A stretch of 53,640 nucleotides of DNA, taken from positions 1-53,640 of the IMG/VR virus record IMGVR_UViG_3300037962_000587. One strand, written 5' to 3'. This DNA is from a virus (lineage: Duplodnaviria; Caudoviricetes). Below the pieces are notes generated by a model, which saw only the letters and a program-made list of their open reading frames with translations, was not told where the DNA came from and ran no database searches. Position numbers and translations under genes: made by a program. Shown one piece after another: positions 38,057 to 45,908 of this stretch (its first letter is position 1; every line of letters begins with the position of its first letter).

Positions 38057-40258
38057 TTACACTAGTTCACATTGACCGCCAGAACAAGCCCACTCCTGCT
38101 CCGGTTTAACATTGTTTTCTTCCTCTATGACTTGAGTATAGTCAACATCTTGGTATTCCCTATTTAGGTCAACCCACTCTTTCCAGTTGTATACGTCCTT
38201 CATACAGTAGGTTAGCTGTCTAAGATCTCCTTCAAAATACTTATCGGCAAACTTCTTACATCTATCAGACCACTCTTTCTTTCCGTTACCTTTTATTTTC
38301 GCTCCCACTCCTAGAAGTGAGTCGCAAGCGGCCCATAAGTTGTCCTCCCACAGGTTTAAGGCTACCTCTATAAGACCGCTTACAAATAGAGACGCATCAC
38401 CATAATGCCTTACCTGCTCCGTTGGTAGGTAAATTGCCGTGAACGGGGCTTGTGGGTAATCTTTATCTCCCGTGATTGGCAGGAGTGAAATTCCACAGAA
38501 AAACTTTCTATTCTTGTAGATAAACTTCTCAACCTCGTCCCACTCGTCTGGCTTGATATTTATCGTGTTGGAAACATTGTGTACCAGCCAAGGCTGCGTG
38601 CAAAGAGACTTGTTGGTTCCTGTAATTACCCAGTTTTGCTGGGTACTCTTAACATCAGACAGAAGGTCGATTGCCCCCATCTGGTTTTTTGTCTTTGCTC
38701 CCGCAGGAACCTCGATACAGAAAGCAACTACATCGTCGCTATCATTGTTTGACCAGACAGATTCTTCACATGCCCTCGGATTTATTTCTCTGAAGTAGTT
38801 GTAAATTGGTTCCATCTTGTTGGCCTGCACTCTTCTTATGTAACGCTTAGCGTGGTGAGGGTGTATGCCAGATGAAGTTCCCAGAACACAGCTACTGGTA
38901 CCTTCAGGTTTAATGCAGGTGGTTCTAGCTGCTTGATTAATGCCTATAATTTTAGCAATTCTTTTGTTCTCTGACTTGACCACCTTGGCACCCGACCTCT
39001 GTGTTTCTGGGTCTAGACATATTTCATGGTTCTCCATTATGCCGGTCATGGAGACCCCCAAGAGGGCTTCTCTGGATACGATACGTTCACTTGCTTCACC
39101 TAAATACGCGAAGCTGGCAAAACCGGCTTGAAGCGTACCTATAATCGAAGCGGCCTTGCACGCATCATAGAAGTCTTCTTCAGTCTTAACCTTGGCGCAG
39201 TTAATGGTACTTAGATTGCACGCTTGCCAACCACTCTCTCCTGTAGTCTCATCTACTGGCCACATTCCAATCTCCACGCAGGGATTGACTATTAGCTCTG
39301 TGGAGTCAGACCAAACAAAGCCCGGCTCACCAAATTCTTGTACAGATTTCATAAGCTCCGCAAACTGTTGGGCTGTAGTCTTATCTCGCAGCAATAAGGC
39401 TGAATTGTTAGACCTTCCTCTTTGAGGGTTCTCTACAAACCAAGAGCCAGTCTTAGCCTTTGCCATTTCGTCATCATCTGGGCTAAATAAACAGATGGTA
39501 GCACTTCTTCGCACACCACCTGAAATAACAGCGTCTGCACTGTGCATCACTATATCATATGCCTGAATAGGACTTAGCTTCCTTGTACCCTTTGACGCAA
39601 ACTCCATATCCTTGAGGGCTTTGTCTAGTATTTTTCTTATGTTTGATAAAGCGTTCTTTAGTGGTTCTGGGCCGGGAGCCTTGCCTCCGCTTGATCTTAG
39701 ATATGAACCAGCAGGGCGTATCTGAGAGTAATCAAAATTTACATTCTTGCCAACATACTCAGGGAATAATTCGCTTTGATCGAAATAGCTTGCCACTAAT
39801 ATTCCAACAGCATCCGACCACCCCTCTATGGTGTCGGGAATGACGTACTTTTTTGTTCCGTTCTTGTTTCTTACGAGAGGGGGTAGCTTACTTATGTGGT
39901 GCTTCTGCACAGAGAAGCCTGTTCCACAGCCGCAAAGCAGCAGGTACATACATTCTTGAAAGAATCTGAGACGGTCACAGAAAGATGTAATGCAATTGTA
40001 TATCCTTGCGTTATGTTTAAAGATTGGTTTGCCTCCAAACTGCAAGGCTCTCTGTGACCCTAAGACTTTTTTCTTACGCATCATTTCGTATGCCCACTCT
40101 ATATCCTCATGCACCTCTGGGATATCGTAGTACTTATTTAACATCATCTCTTTAACTCGGCTAACTGCCTCGTTCCAAGTTTCCCTCCTCTTCTTTTCTG
40201 GTATCCATCTAGCGTATTTAGAAACAAAGCTGTAGCTCATCAAAGATTTTATAGACAT
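38057..40258 (-). CDS. nrdJ: Class II (adenosylcobalamin-dependent) ribonucleotide reductase, monomeric RTPR type
   Basis: RRETW, YNC, GGVRRSA, NPCVEI, CNL, TCIKPEGT and C-terminal ACSGGQCEL; no nrdB in the window. Confidence 0.9.
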   Translation of the reverse strand: MSIKSLMSYSFVSKYARWIPEKKRRETWNEAVSRVKEMMLNKYYDIPEVHEDIEWAYEMMRKKKVLGSQRALQFGGKPIFKHNARIYNCITSFCDRLRFFQECMYLLLCGCGTGFSVQKHHISKLPPLVRNKNGTKKYVIPDTIEGWSDAVGILVASYFDQSELFPEYVGKNVNFDYSQIRPAGSYLRSSGGKAPGPEPLKNALSNIRKILDKALKDMEFASKGTRKLSPIQAYDIVMHSADAVISGGVRRSATICLFSPDDDEMAKAKTGSWFVENPQRGRSNNSALLLRDKTTAQQFAELMKSVQEFGEPGFVWSDSTELIVNPCVEIGMWPVDETTGESGWQACNLSTINCAKVKTEEDFYDACKAASIIGTLQAGFASFAYLGEASERIVSREALLGVSMTGIMENHEICLDPETQRSGAKVVKSENKRIAKIIGINQAARTTCIKPEGTSSCVLGTSSGIHPHHAKRYIRRVQANKMEPIYNYFREINPRACEESVWSNNDSDDVVAFCIEVPAGAKTKNQMGAIDLLSDVKSTQQNWVITGTNKSLCTQPWLVHNVSNTINIKPDEWDEVEKFIYKNRKFFCGISLLPITGDKDYPQAPFTAIYLPTEQVRHYGDASLFVSGLIEVALNLWEDNLWAACDSLLGVGAKIKGNGKKEWSDRCKKFADKYFEGDLRQLTYCMKDVYNWKEWVDLNREYQDVDYTQVIEEENNVKPEQEWACSGGQCELV

Positions 40259-40315
40259 GCAAAAATTCTTTCTTATTATCCATTATTAGTATAATTAATG
40301 TAAGTGCTACCAATA

Positions 40316-40351
40316 CAAAAAGCCACGCCCCAATCGAGTTGGTGACGTGGC
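40316..40351 (-). terminator. Rho-independent terminator
   Basis: Minus strand GCCACGTCACCAA-CTCGA-TTGGGGCGTGGC followed by TTTTT. Confidence 0.75.
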
Positions 40352-40373
40352 ATAAGTGGCAGGCATCTAGATA

Positions 40374-40760
40374 TTATTCTTCTTCATCTTTTTCAAATAT
40401 GTTATCAAATAATTTTCTTACTATCCAGTTTATGACTGCTGAAAGCAGCACTTGTAAAATAAATGGAAAGACCCAGACGGGGAAAAATCCTTTAGCGTCT
40501 TCAGGGTCTAGTCCATCCTTGATATATTGTTTGCACTCATCCTTGAGTTGCTGTTGCCATTCCTTTGCGTTGGCTCCTGCGGGAACCCTAAAGCGATCAA
40601 CGCTTTCAAAACCCCCGCTTACTATTCTAGTCCATTCGTGCCCAAGTTGCAGACACTTTTCGGCAATTTTCCGTTCTTTGTCTTTTTTATATTTAAGAGG
40701 GATTTCTGACCTTACTTTATCTACCCCTCTTACGAAAAGCGAAGCGTGTTTTCCTGTCAT
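40374..40760 (-). CDS. Hypothetical protein with C-terminal TM helix
   Basis: FFPVWVFPFILQVLLSAVINWIV. Confidence 0.6.
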   Translation of the reverse strand: MTGKHASLFVRGVDKVRSEIPLKYKKDKERKIAEKCLQLGHEWTRIVSGGFESVDRFRVPAGANAKEWQQQLKDECKQYIKDGLDPEDAKGFFPVWVFPFILQVLLSAVINWIVRKLFDNIFEKDEEE

Positions 40761-40763
40761 AGG

Positions 40764-41051
40764 CTATAGCTCCTCATAGTCAAAGGGTACGTCTGGAAAA
40801 CCGTCTAGCTTTACTATACCTCTGTTCTGTTTAAGTGTTAGCCCCAGAACGTCAAGGGTTATGGTAAAGATTTTCTTGACTTTCACAACAGGCTTGTTGT
40901 CTATGAAGTCTACCTCGATGGTGTCTCTGTCTGGTGAGGATACTTTAATTACTGCTGGGTATTTACCTTTTATCGTATACTTATCGACTTTTAATCCATC
41001 TTCTGAGGCTAGTTTTTGCAGAACCTCAAACGCTTGAGCGAGATTATCCAT
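40764..41051 (-). CDS. Hypothetical beta-rich protein
   Basis: GGAG RBS; fills the operon. Confidence 0.6.
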   Translation of the reverse strand: MDNLAQAFEVLQKLASEDGLKVDKYTIKGKYPAVIKVSSPDRDTIEVDFIDNKPVVKVKKIFTITLDVLGLTLKQNRGIVKLDGFPDVPFDYEEL

Positions 41052-41072
41052 TGGAGGTCTCCCTTACTGTGT

Positions 41073-41477
41073 TTAACGTTTTTTACATTGACACTTTCCA
41101 TAGGCATTTTTGCAATTACAGTATGTAGTTGCTGTATCGCACCGGCACCTATGCTTATCCTCCTCGTCATTATCGTCTTCGTCTTCTTCTGGCTCTTCGT
41201 GATATGGGCATTTGGTTTGATGTCCATCCCCATGCCATATGTACCCAGTACCCTTACATGCACATTTTTCTACATCGGGGTGGGGCTTGGGTGCTATGGG
41301 TTGAGCCTCAGTCTCGTTCACCACGAAGGCTACAAAGCCCTCGTTTCTTTTTTCATCTATATTTATTTTGTTTTCTTTGATATCTGTGATACCGGATGAT
41401 ATTTTACCATATGTAAATAGAAAAATCAAGGCGCATGCGGGCACAAATAGTAAAAAATACTTGGTTTTCTGCATCAT
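41073..41477 (-). CDS. Exported/membrane-anchored Cys-rich protein
   Basis: Signal/TM N-terminus, CACKGTG...GDG...CPYH, an acidic linker and a CRC...CNC...CQC tail. Confidence 0.65.
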   Translation of the reverse strand: MMQKTKYFLLFVPACALIFLFTYGKISSGITDIKENKINIDEKRNEGFVAFVVNETEAQPIAPKPHPDVEKCACKGTGYIWHGDGHQTKCPYHEEPEEDEDDNDEEDKHRCRCDTATTYCNCKNAYGKCQCKKR

Positions 41478-42380
41478 CTATATGATCCTTGTGTTTAGCT
41501 TTCTGGGTTTAAAGCCCTCGTACCCACTAAAAGCCCAGCAGTCACCCTGACTGAGCATACGTTTTTCCACCACATCTGCATCAATCCAGAACGAACCCGT
41601 TGGCTGCTCAAGTCTTTTGGGGCCTGCGTTCCAGCTCCCCCAAGAATTAACGCATAAAACTCCGGGTCTCTTATATCCATCATCAATACCTAATAAACAC
41701 ATCTGGTGTGCCCATTCTCCTTTGGGCTTGGCGAATCCCTCCGAATCTCTTTGGGATGAGAACCCTTGGTTGCTTGCGACTGTTATGGCATACCCATTTG
41801 CTAGTAGGTCTCTCGCCTGCTCGTAGTTATCGACCCTAGATACAGTTTGTATGGGGTGTTGCTTTGATATATCTAGTAGAGTTTTTGGCACTCCGCCAGA
41901 AGGCCTGCCCCAACTTTTAGCTTTAGACCCACTGTAAGTCGTGAGGTCTACATTGCCATACTTACCTCTAGGAATAGCTCCATATTCATTGCAGTACCTA
42001 GCCGCCCATACACCATAAGCTCCATCTCCCCTTAATGTTCCGCCACCTATGATAACTCTACAGCCACCATATATATCCTCAGTTGCTGTTTCAGCTACCC
42101 ACTCCTCAAACTCTTTGTTTATGTGTATATCCACACACTTAGCAGCATCTACTGCATACGCAGCACCCTGTGATACGCAATCTCCTATTGTTTGGATTCT
42201 GTTTGGGAATTTTCCAGCAACTCTCTTGATTATATCATACAGGAGAACGGTCTTGCCTTTGCCGGAATTTTTAATAACACCCCAAGAATCTTGGAAGACT
42301 GGATGGGGCAGGGACTTCATTGCTTCCTCAACACCCTGCTCGTCTCTAACCCAACCTCCTAAGTGAGATAGGTTTTTCAT
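41478..42380 (-). CDS. Papain-like (C1/clan CA) cysteine peptidase
   Basis: QTIGDCVSQG (oxyanion Q, nucleophile C), WAHQM (His) and VNSWG (Asn); start ATG 42380 overlaps the upstream TGA. Confidence 0.85.
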   Translation of the reverse strand: MKNLSHLGGWVRDEQGVEEAMKSLPHPVFQDSWGVIKNSGKGKTVLLYDIIKRVAGKFPNRIQTIGDCVSQGAAYAVDAAKCVDIHINKEFEEWVAETATEDIYGGCRVIIGGGTLRGDGAYGVWAARYCNEYGAIPRGKYGNVDLTTYSGSKAKSWGRPSGGVPKTLLDISKQHPIQTVSRVDNYEQARDLLANGYAITVASNQGFSSQRDSEGFAKPKGEWAHQMCLLGIDDGYKRPGVLCVNSWGSWNAGPKRLEQPTGSFWIDADVVEKRMLSQGDCWAFSGYEGFKPRKLNTRII

Positions 42381-42895
42381 AGCTTTACAGCTCCAGATAG
42401 GGACTCGAATATACCTTGAAACCAATCTCGATCCTGTTGGCTATCGAGTTTTCTGGGTTCATCATATCCAGCCGCCACTAGATAACTAGAAATAGCGTCT
42501 GTAAATTCGGGGTACCGCTCACGATTCCAACCATAAGAAGTCTGAACCCTAGCTAGTATTGGATCAAACTGTGAGGTATTGTTTAGATTCTTTGCGTGCT
42601 TTAGATATTCAGCGGCACCTGATAGAAGTTTATATATTAGAATTCTGTCATCTTCGTTTTCTATTTTGTTGAATTCGCTCTCAACAAAAGCTAGAGATTC
42701 AGCGACTTCATCCACCTCGACTTCAGCCTCTTCTTCACCACTGTCTCCCCCTGTGTTAACAACTTGGTCAACACTAGGGGGTGAAAGCGGTGGATGGGTG
42801 AACTCTGATACTTTCAGCGTTCCCAATACCAAAACCAAAGCCCAAGGGATCAAAGCAGCTAAACTTACCTTTGTATCCGATAGTTTAGCCATCAT
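42377..42895 (-). CDS. N-terminally membrane-anchored helical protein
   Basis: TM SLAALIPWALVLVLGTL, a Pro/acidic linker, then a helical domain. Confidence 0.6.
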   Translation of the reverse strand: MMAKLSDTKVSLAALIPWALVLVLGTLKVSEFTHPPLSPPSVDQVVNTGGDSGEEEAEVEVDEVAESLAFVESEFNKIENEDDRILIYKLLSGAAEYLKHAKNLNNTSQFDPILARVQTSYGWNRERYPEFTDAISSYLVAAGYDEPRKLDSQQDRDWFQGIFESLSGAVKL

Positions 42896-42916
42896 TAATA
42901 GATCCTTTTTAATGGG

Positions 42917-43150
42917 TTATGCAGGCGTATCCGGCTGGTCTACAACATGGTTGTTTTTAGCCCATTTAACAGCAGCATCTAAGAGAATGCTAACGATTGG
43001 AACTACAACCATACTGGAAGCCCCAAGATCAAGTGAGGATAAGTTTCCTCCGATGTAGGTGAGACCTGCGGCTAGTCCAACTAGTAAACCGTTGATACCA
43101 ACACGTCTGAGGTCGCCCAAGTTTAAACTAAAAGCTTTTGATGGTTCCAT
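42917..43150 (-). CDS. Putative holin (2 TM, 77 aa)
   Basis: Two hydrophobic segments and a short charged C-tail (KWAKNN); start ATG 43150; context. Confidence 0.6.
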   Translation of the reverse strand: MEPSKAFSLNLGDLRRVGINGLLVGLAAGLTYIGGNLSSLDLGASSMVVVPIVSILLDAAVKWAKNNHVVDQPDTPA

Positions 43151-43154
43151 TGAC

Positions 43155-43739
43155 TTAACCTTTCTGAGAAATTTCTGACACACTTATTAAGAAACCGCCT
43201 TGTTCGTCCTCGTTGAGTTTGTAGGGAAACCCTACTATTCTCACATCCATATCATCTGATGTTTTAGTTTCCTTGTCTAATCTCCTGTTCATACTCAGGC
43301 AAGAATTCAACTCATGTATGAACTCTTCCCTTTCGTCTTCGTGAACATATGTTATCCAGTCTCTACCCTCTAGATTATTTGTAGACTGACCGGTTAATTC
43401 ATTGAAAGATTCATTTGTCCAGACTAACCTTCCTGCATTATCTGTCTCGAAGAGTGCTGTGGAATTGTAGTGCAATGCGGCTTTAGACCTTTGCTCTATT
43501 ATCTTTTGACTTTCTTCTATCCTACCACAAGTGTCTCCAAGTTTGCAGACAACATCCTTCAGGCTTCCACCACCATTCGTGGTTATCTCTTTCTTGATCG
43601 TATCTATAGATTCTGACAAATCTTCGTGTTTGTCTATAAATTTCAAAGTTGGTTTAACTACCTTAAAAAATATCCAAGAAAGAAAACCTCCCGCAAAGCT
43701 CAAGAGTGTTGTTGTTATTACTACGGTATCTGGCTCCAT
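43155..43739 (-). CDS. Membrane protein: TM, DUF2746-like NGGGSLKD coiled segment, PAS domain
   Basis: TM1, EITTNGGGSLKDVV, and PAS signature LFETDNAGRLVWTNESFNELTG...GRDWITYVHEDERE. Confidence 0.75.
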   Translation of the reverse strand: MEPDTVVITTTLLSFAGGFLSWIFFKVVKPTLKFIDKHEDLSESIDTIKKEITTNGGGSLKDVVCKLGDTCGRIEESQKIIEQRSKAALHYNSTALFETDNAGRLVWTNESFNELTGQSTNNLEGRDWITYVHEDEREEFIHELNSCLSMNRRLDKETKTSDDMDVRIVGFPYKLNEDEQGGFLISVSEISQKG

Positions 43740-43754
43740 AACCTACCCCTTCTG

Positions 43755-43790
43755 AAAAAAAACGAGAGTCCTCCCGGAGGAGGAACTCTC
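43755..43790 (-). terminator. Rho-independent terminator
   Basis: Minus strand GAGAGTTCCTCC-TCCG-GGAGGACTCTC-G followed by T8. Confidence 0.85.
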
Positions 43791-43805
43791 TCTGTAGTTG
43801 GTAGG

Positions 43806-44555
43806 TTAGTTATTTTCGCCTTCTCTGTGGTCTCTACGTTTGTAATCATCCTGCTTTGGATTCTTGCCACCGAACATGTAAGTGAGTTCGCCGGGAATAC
43901 CAAACTGTGCAGCGCCACTAGGAATAGCAGCATGATCAGTAGAGGCAGATTGGCTAATAGCGTTAGTGAAGTTAGATGCTGCGGTAGGCTCGCCACTAGC
44001 TCCAGAAATAGTTCTACCCGGAACACGGTCAGTACTTGGTACTGCCAACATATTGTATGTCATTGTTCCGTGGTTGTAGACGCTATCTACATTATGAACG
44101 CCATCATAGGTCGTGGTGGAGCTGTGCTCTCTACCGGTGCTATTTAGAAGGCTGGAGCTGTCATTGTTGACTTTTCCAGCTCCGGTAGTTCCCGCAGCTC
44201 GAAGGAGGAAGTTTCTGTCGCCAGCTCTAGCGTCTGGGAAGTAAGCGAGGCCTCCAGTGCCACCACTTTTTGCTTTTACGATACCGTCAGGATTGTCGGT
44301 TTTTTCATCGCCGTTAGCTCGATTGGTGGCCGTTTTTGCTACTACGATAGATCCGTAGTCATAGCTCTTAGCGCCATTAATGTCGTTGACATCAATGTTT
44401 TTTGTGATCTTAGAAGCGTCTCCCATACCGCCGACGTTTCCACCCTTGACCATAGAACCGCCGTCATTTGTTACGGGTGCTCCGTCGTCAGATCCGACTC
44501 TGCCGCTGTTTCCGGTGATGACTCTGAAGTCACCTGATGCTGATTGTGTAGCCAT
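43806..44555 (-). CDS. Gly/Ser/Thr/Asn-rich protein, probable virion structural protein
   Basis: Composition, strong GGGAG RBS, own promoter-like motif and terminator. Confidence 0.5.
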   Translation of the reverse strand: MATQSASGDFRVITGNSGRVGSDDGAPVTNDGGSMVKGGNVGGMGDASKITKNIDVNDINGAKSYDYGSIVVAKTATNRANGDEKTDNPDGIVKAKSGGTGGLAYFPDARAGDRNFLLRAAGTTGAGKVNNDSSSLLNSTGREHSSTTTYDGVHNVDSVYNHGTMTYNMLAVPSTDRVPGRTISGASGEPTAASNFTNAISQSASTDHAAIPSGAAQFGIPGELTYMFGGKNPKQDDYKRRDHREGENN

Positions 44556-44627
44556 AATAGACTCCCTATATAAAAAGTTAGATGTTCAAATTCCGGCTCC
44601 ACAATTTATTCCTATTTTCCTAACATT

Positions 44628-44636
44628 ATTATACAC
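44628..44636 (-). promoter_or_regulatory. GTGTATAAT promoter-like motif
   Basis: Intergenic; identical 9-mer in the 50586-50655 gap. Confidence 0.5.
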
Positions 44637-44637
44637 C

Positions 44638-45093
44638 TTATTCCATACGTTTTGCCAATTGCTGTACGGATTTTTTCACTTTTCTTCGTATTGTTTCTCT
44701 GTTGCAGCCATGCTTCTTGGCTATTTCCTTGATGGTCATGTTGTCCATTCTGTCTAGAATGAGGTCGCTGTTAGAACATTTGTCTATTTCGTCCATCAAT
44801 TCTATGGAAAAAAAGTGATCTGATTCGTCTGGGAGATTGGAATGTAGAGGTTGGTGCTTTCTTTTGTTAAACTTAACCTCTCTTATGCATTCTATCCTAA
44901 CCCCGCTATAGAGGTAAGTTGTAAACTTAGAACCCTTCTTTTCATCCCAATTAGTAAATGCTTTCCAAAGAGCATTCAACTTACAGGTGTGGATCTCGTC
45001 GTCATTAAGTTGACTTCTGAAAGATCCAGCCGCCTTGTTCATTATATTTTGTATATCCTGATTTTGCAAAGCTTCTTCAATTTGTTTATCCAT
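44638..45093 (-). CDS. Minimal sigma-70 family RNA polymerase sigma factor (regions 2 and 4)
   Basis: ALWKAFTNWDEKKGSKFTTYLY (region 2) and MTIKEIAKKHGCNRETIRRK (region 4 HTH). Confidence 0.85.
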   Translation of the reverse strand: MDKQIEEALQNQDIQNIMNKAAGSFRSQLNDDEIHTCKLNALWKAFTNWDEKKGSKFTTYLYSGVRIECIREVKFNKRKHQPLHSNLPDESDHFFSIELMDEIDKCSNSDLILDRMDNMTIKEIAKKHGCNRETIRRKVKKSVQQLAKRME

Positions 45094-45107
45094 GATATCT
45101 CCTATGG

Positions 45108-45536
45108 TTATTTAAGTTTATTTTCAAGGTTTTTTCTCACGTTTTTAAAATCAAACATCCTTCCAACCCCTATAAAGAATCGGTATCTGCTTACTAACCT
45201 AAGAACCTCAATCCCCTCTGTCTCGTCAAGTTTTTTGAGAATTGAGGGTGTTATATCAAAGTTTGTGTGCCCTACCCAGCAATCAAAGTTGGATACTAGT
45301 GCTGCGTCTTGAGCAAACTCGTCTGATATTGGAAGTATCGGCAGCATTAAGTCCTCTTCTTTAGAGTTACTGCCTTTTTCTTGGTCAAAATACGATTCTT
45401 CTTGGTTGTCGTCTGCTTGACTATATTGTTGTGCCTCGATGATTTGATTGAGAAAGATTCTCATCATAGGGGATCTGAGCTGGCGTTCCAGAACGTCTTC
45501 GTACTTCTGCCAGCCTATTTTTCGTTTACTTGTCAT
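45108..45536 (-). CDS. Hypothetical protein
   Basis: GGGAG RBS and a clean ORF. Confidence 0.6.
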   Translation of the reverse strand: MTSKRKIGWQKYEDVLERQLRSPMMRIFLNQIIEAQQYSQADDNQEESYFDQEKGSNSKEEDLMLPILPISDEFAQDAALVSNFDCWVGHTNFDITPSILKKLDETEGIEVLRLVSRYRFFIGVGRMFDFKNVRKNLENKLK

Positions 45537-45550
45537 TTGATGACTCCCAT

Positions 45551-45559
45551 ATTATAACA
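45551..45559 (-). promoter_or_regulatory. Extended -10 element TGTTATAAT
   Basis: TGnTATAAT overlapping the stop codon of the upstream gene, just before the RBS of 45536. Confidence 0.35.
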
Positions 45560-45908
45560 CATCGGAAGGTCGAATGCAAGGTTCTTCTTTCAAAAATTCG
45601 TCTTCATTTATTTTACTGGCCAGCCTTATGGCTAGCTCTAGGAATATGTCCTCCTTCCCGCTGTCTAATAGTCCCTTTTTGGCAATCTCCAAAAGCTCTA
45701 AAAAAGAACCTTCGCTGTTAAGTGTTTCGATGAGTGTGAAGAAGTTGTTTACCGTAGATTGCTCATAATCCCTCATTTCCACATCTACATAAACTTCTCC
45801 ATCCTCCTTAACGTAATAAACAACACATGCGTCTATTAAATCTTCCTTATGCCAATCGCTTTTCTGCTCTACTGGTTCAGGCTTTTTCTTCTTGAAAAAA
45901 TTAAACAT
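45552..45908 (-). CDS. Hypothetical protein
   Basis: Coupled ORF. Confidence 0.6.
   Translation of the reverse strand: MFNFFKKKKPEPVEQKSDWHKEDLIDACVVYYVKEDGEVYVDVEMRDYEQSTVNNFFTLIETLNSEGSFLELLEIAKKGLLDSGKEDIFLELAIRLASKINEDEFLKEEPCIRPSDVL

Noticed and set aside
40259-40373. Cobalamin riboswitch or ncRNA upstream of nrdJ
   Set aside because: The gap is only ~115 nt and is explained by a terminator hairpin plus an AT-rich promoter-like stretch; no B12-box recognised.
43721-44026. Leu-rich 101-aa alternative-frame ORF
   Set aside because: It overlaps the 249-aa gene and runs through the terminator; likely a codon-bias artefact.
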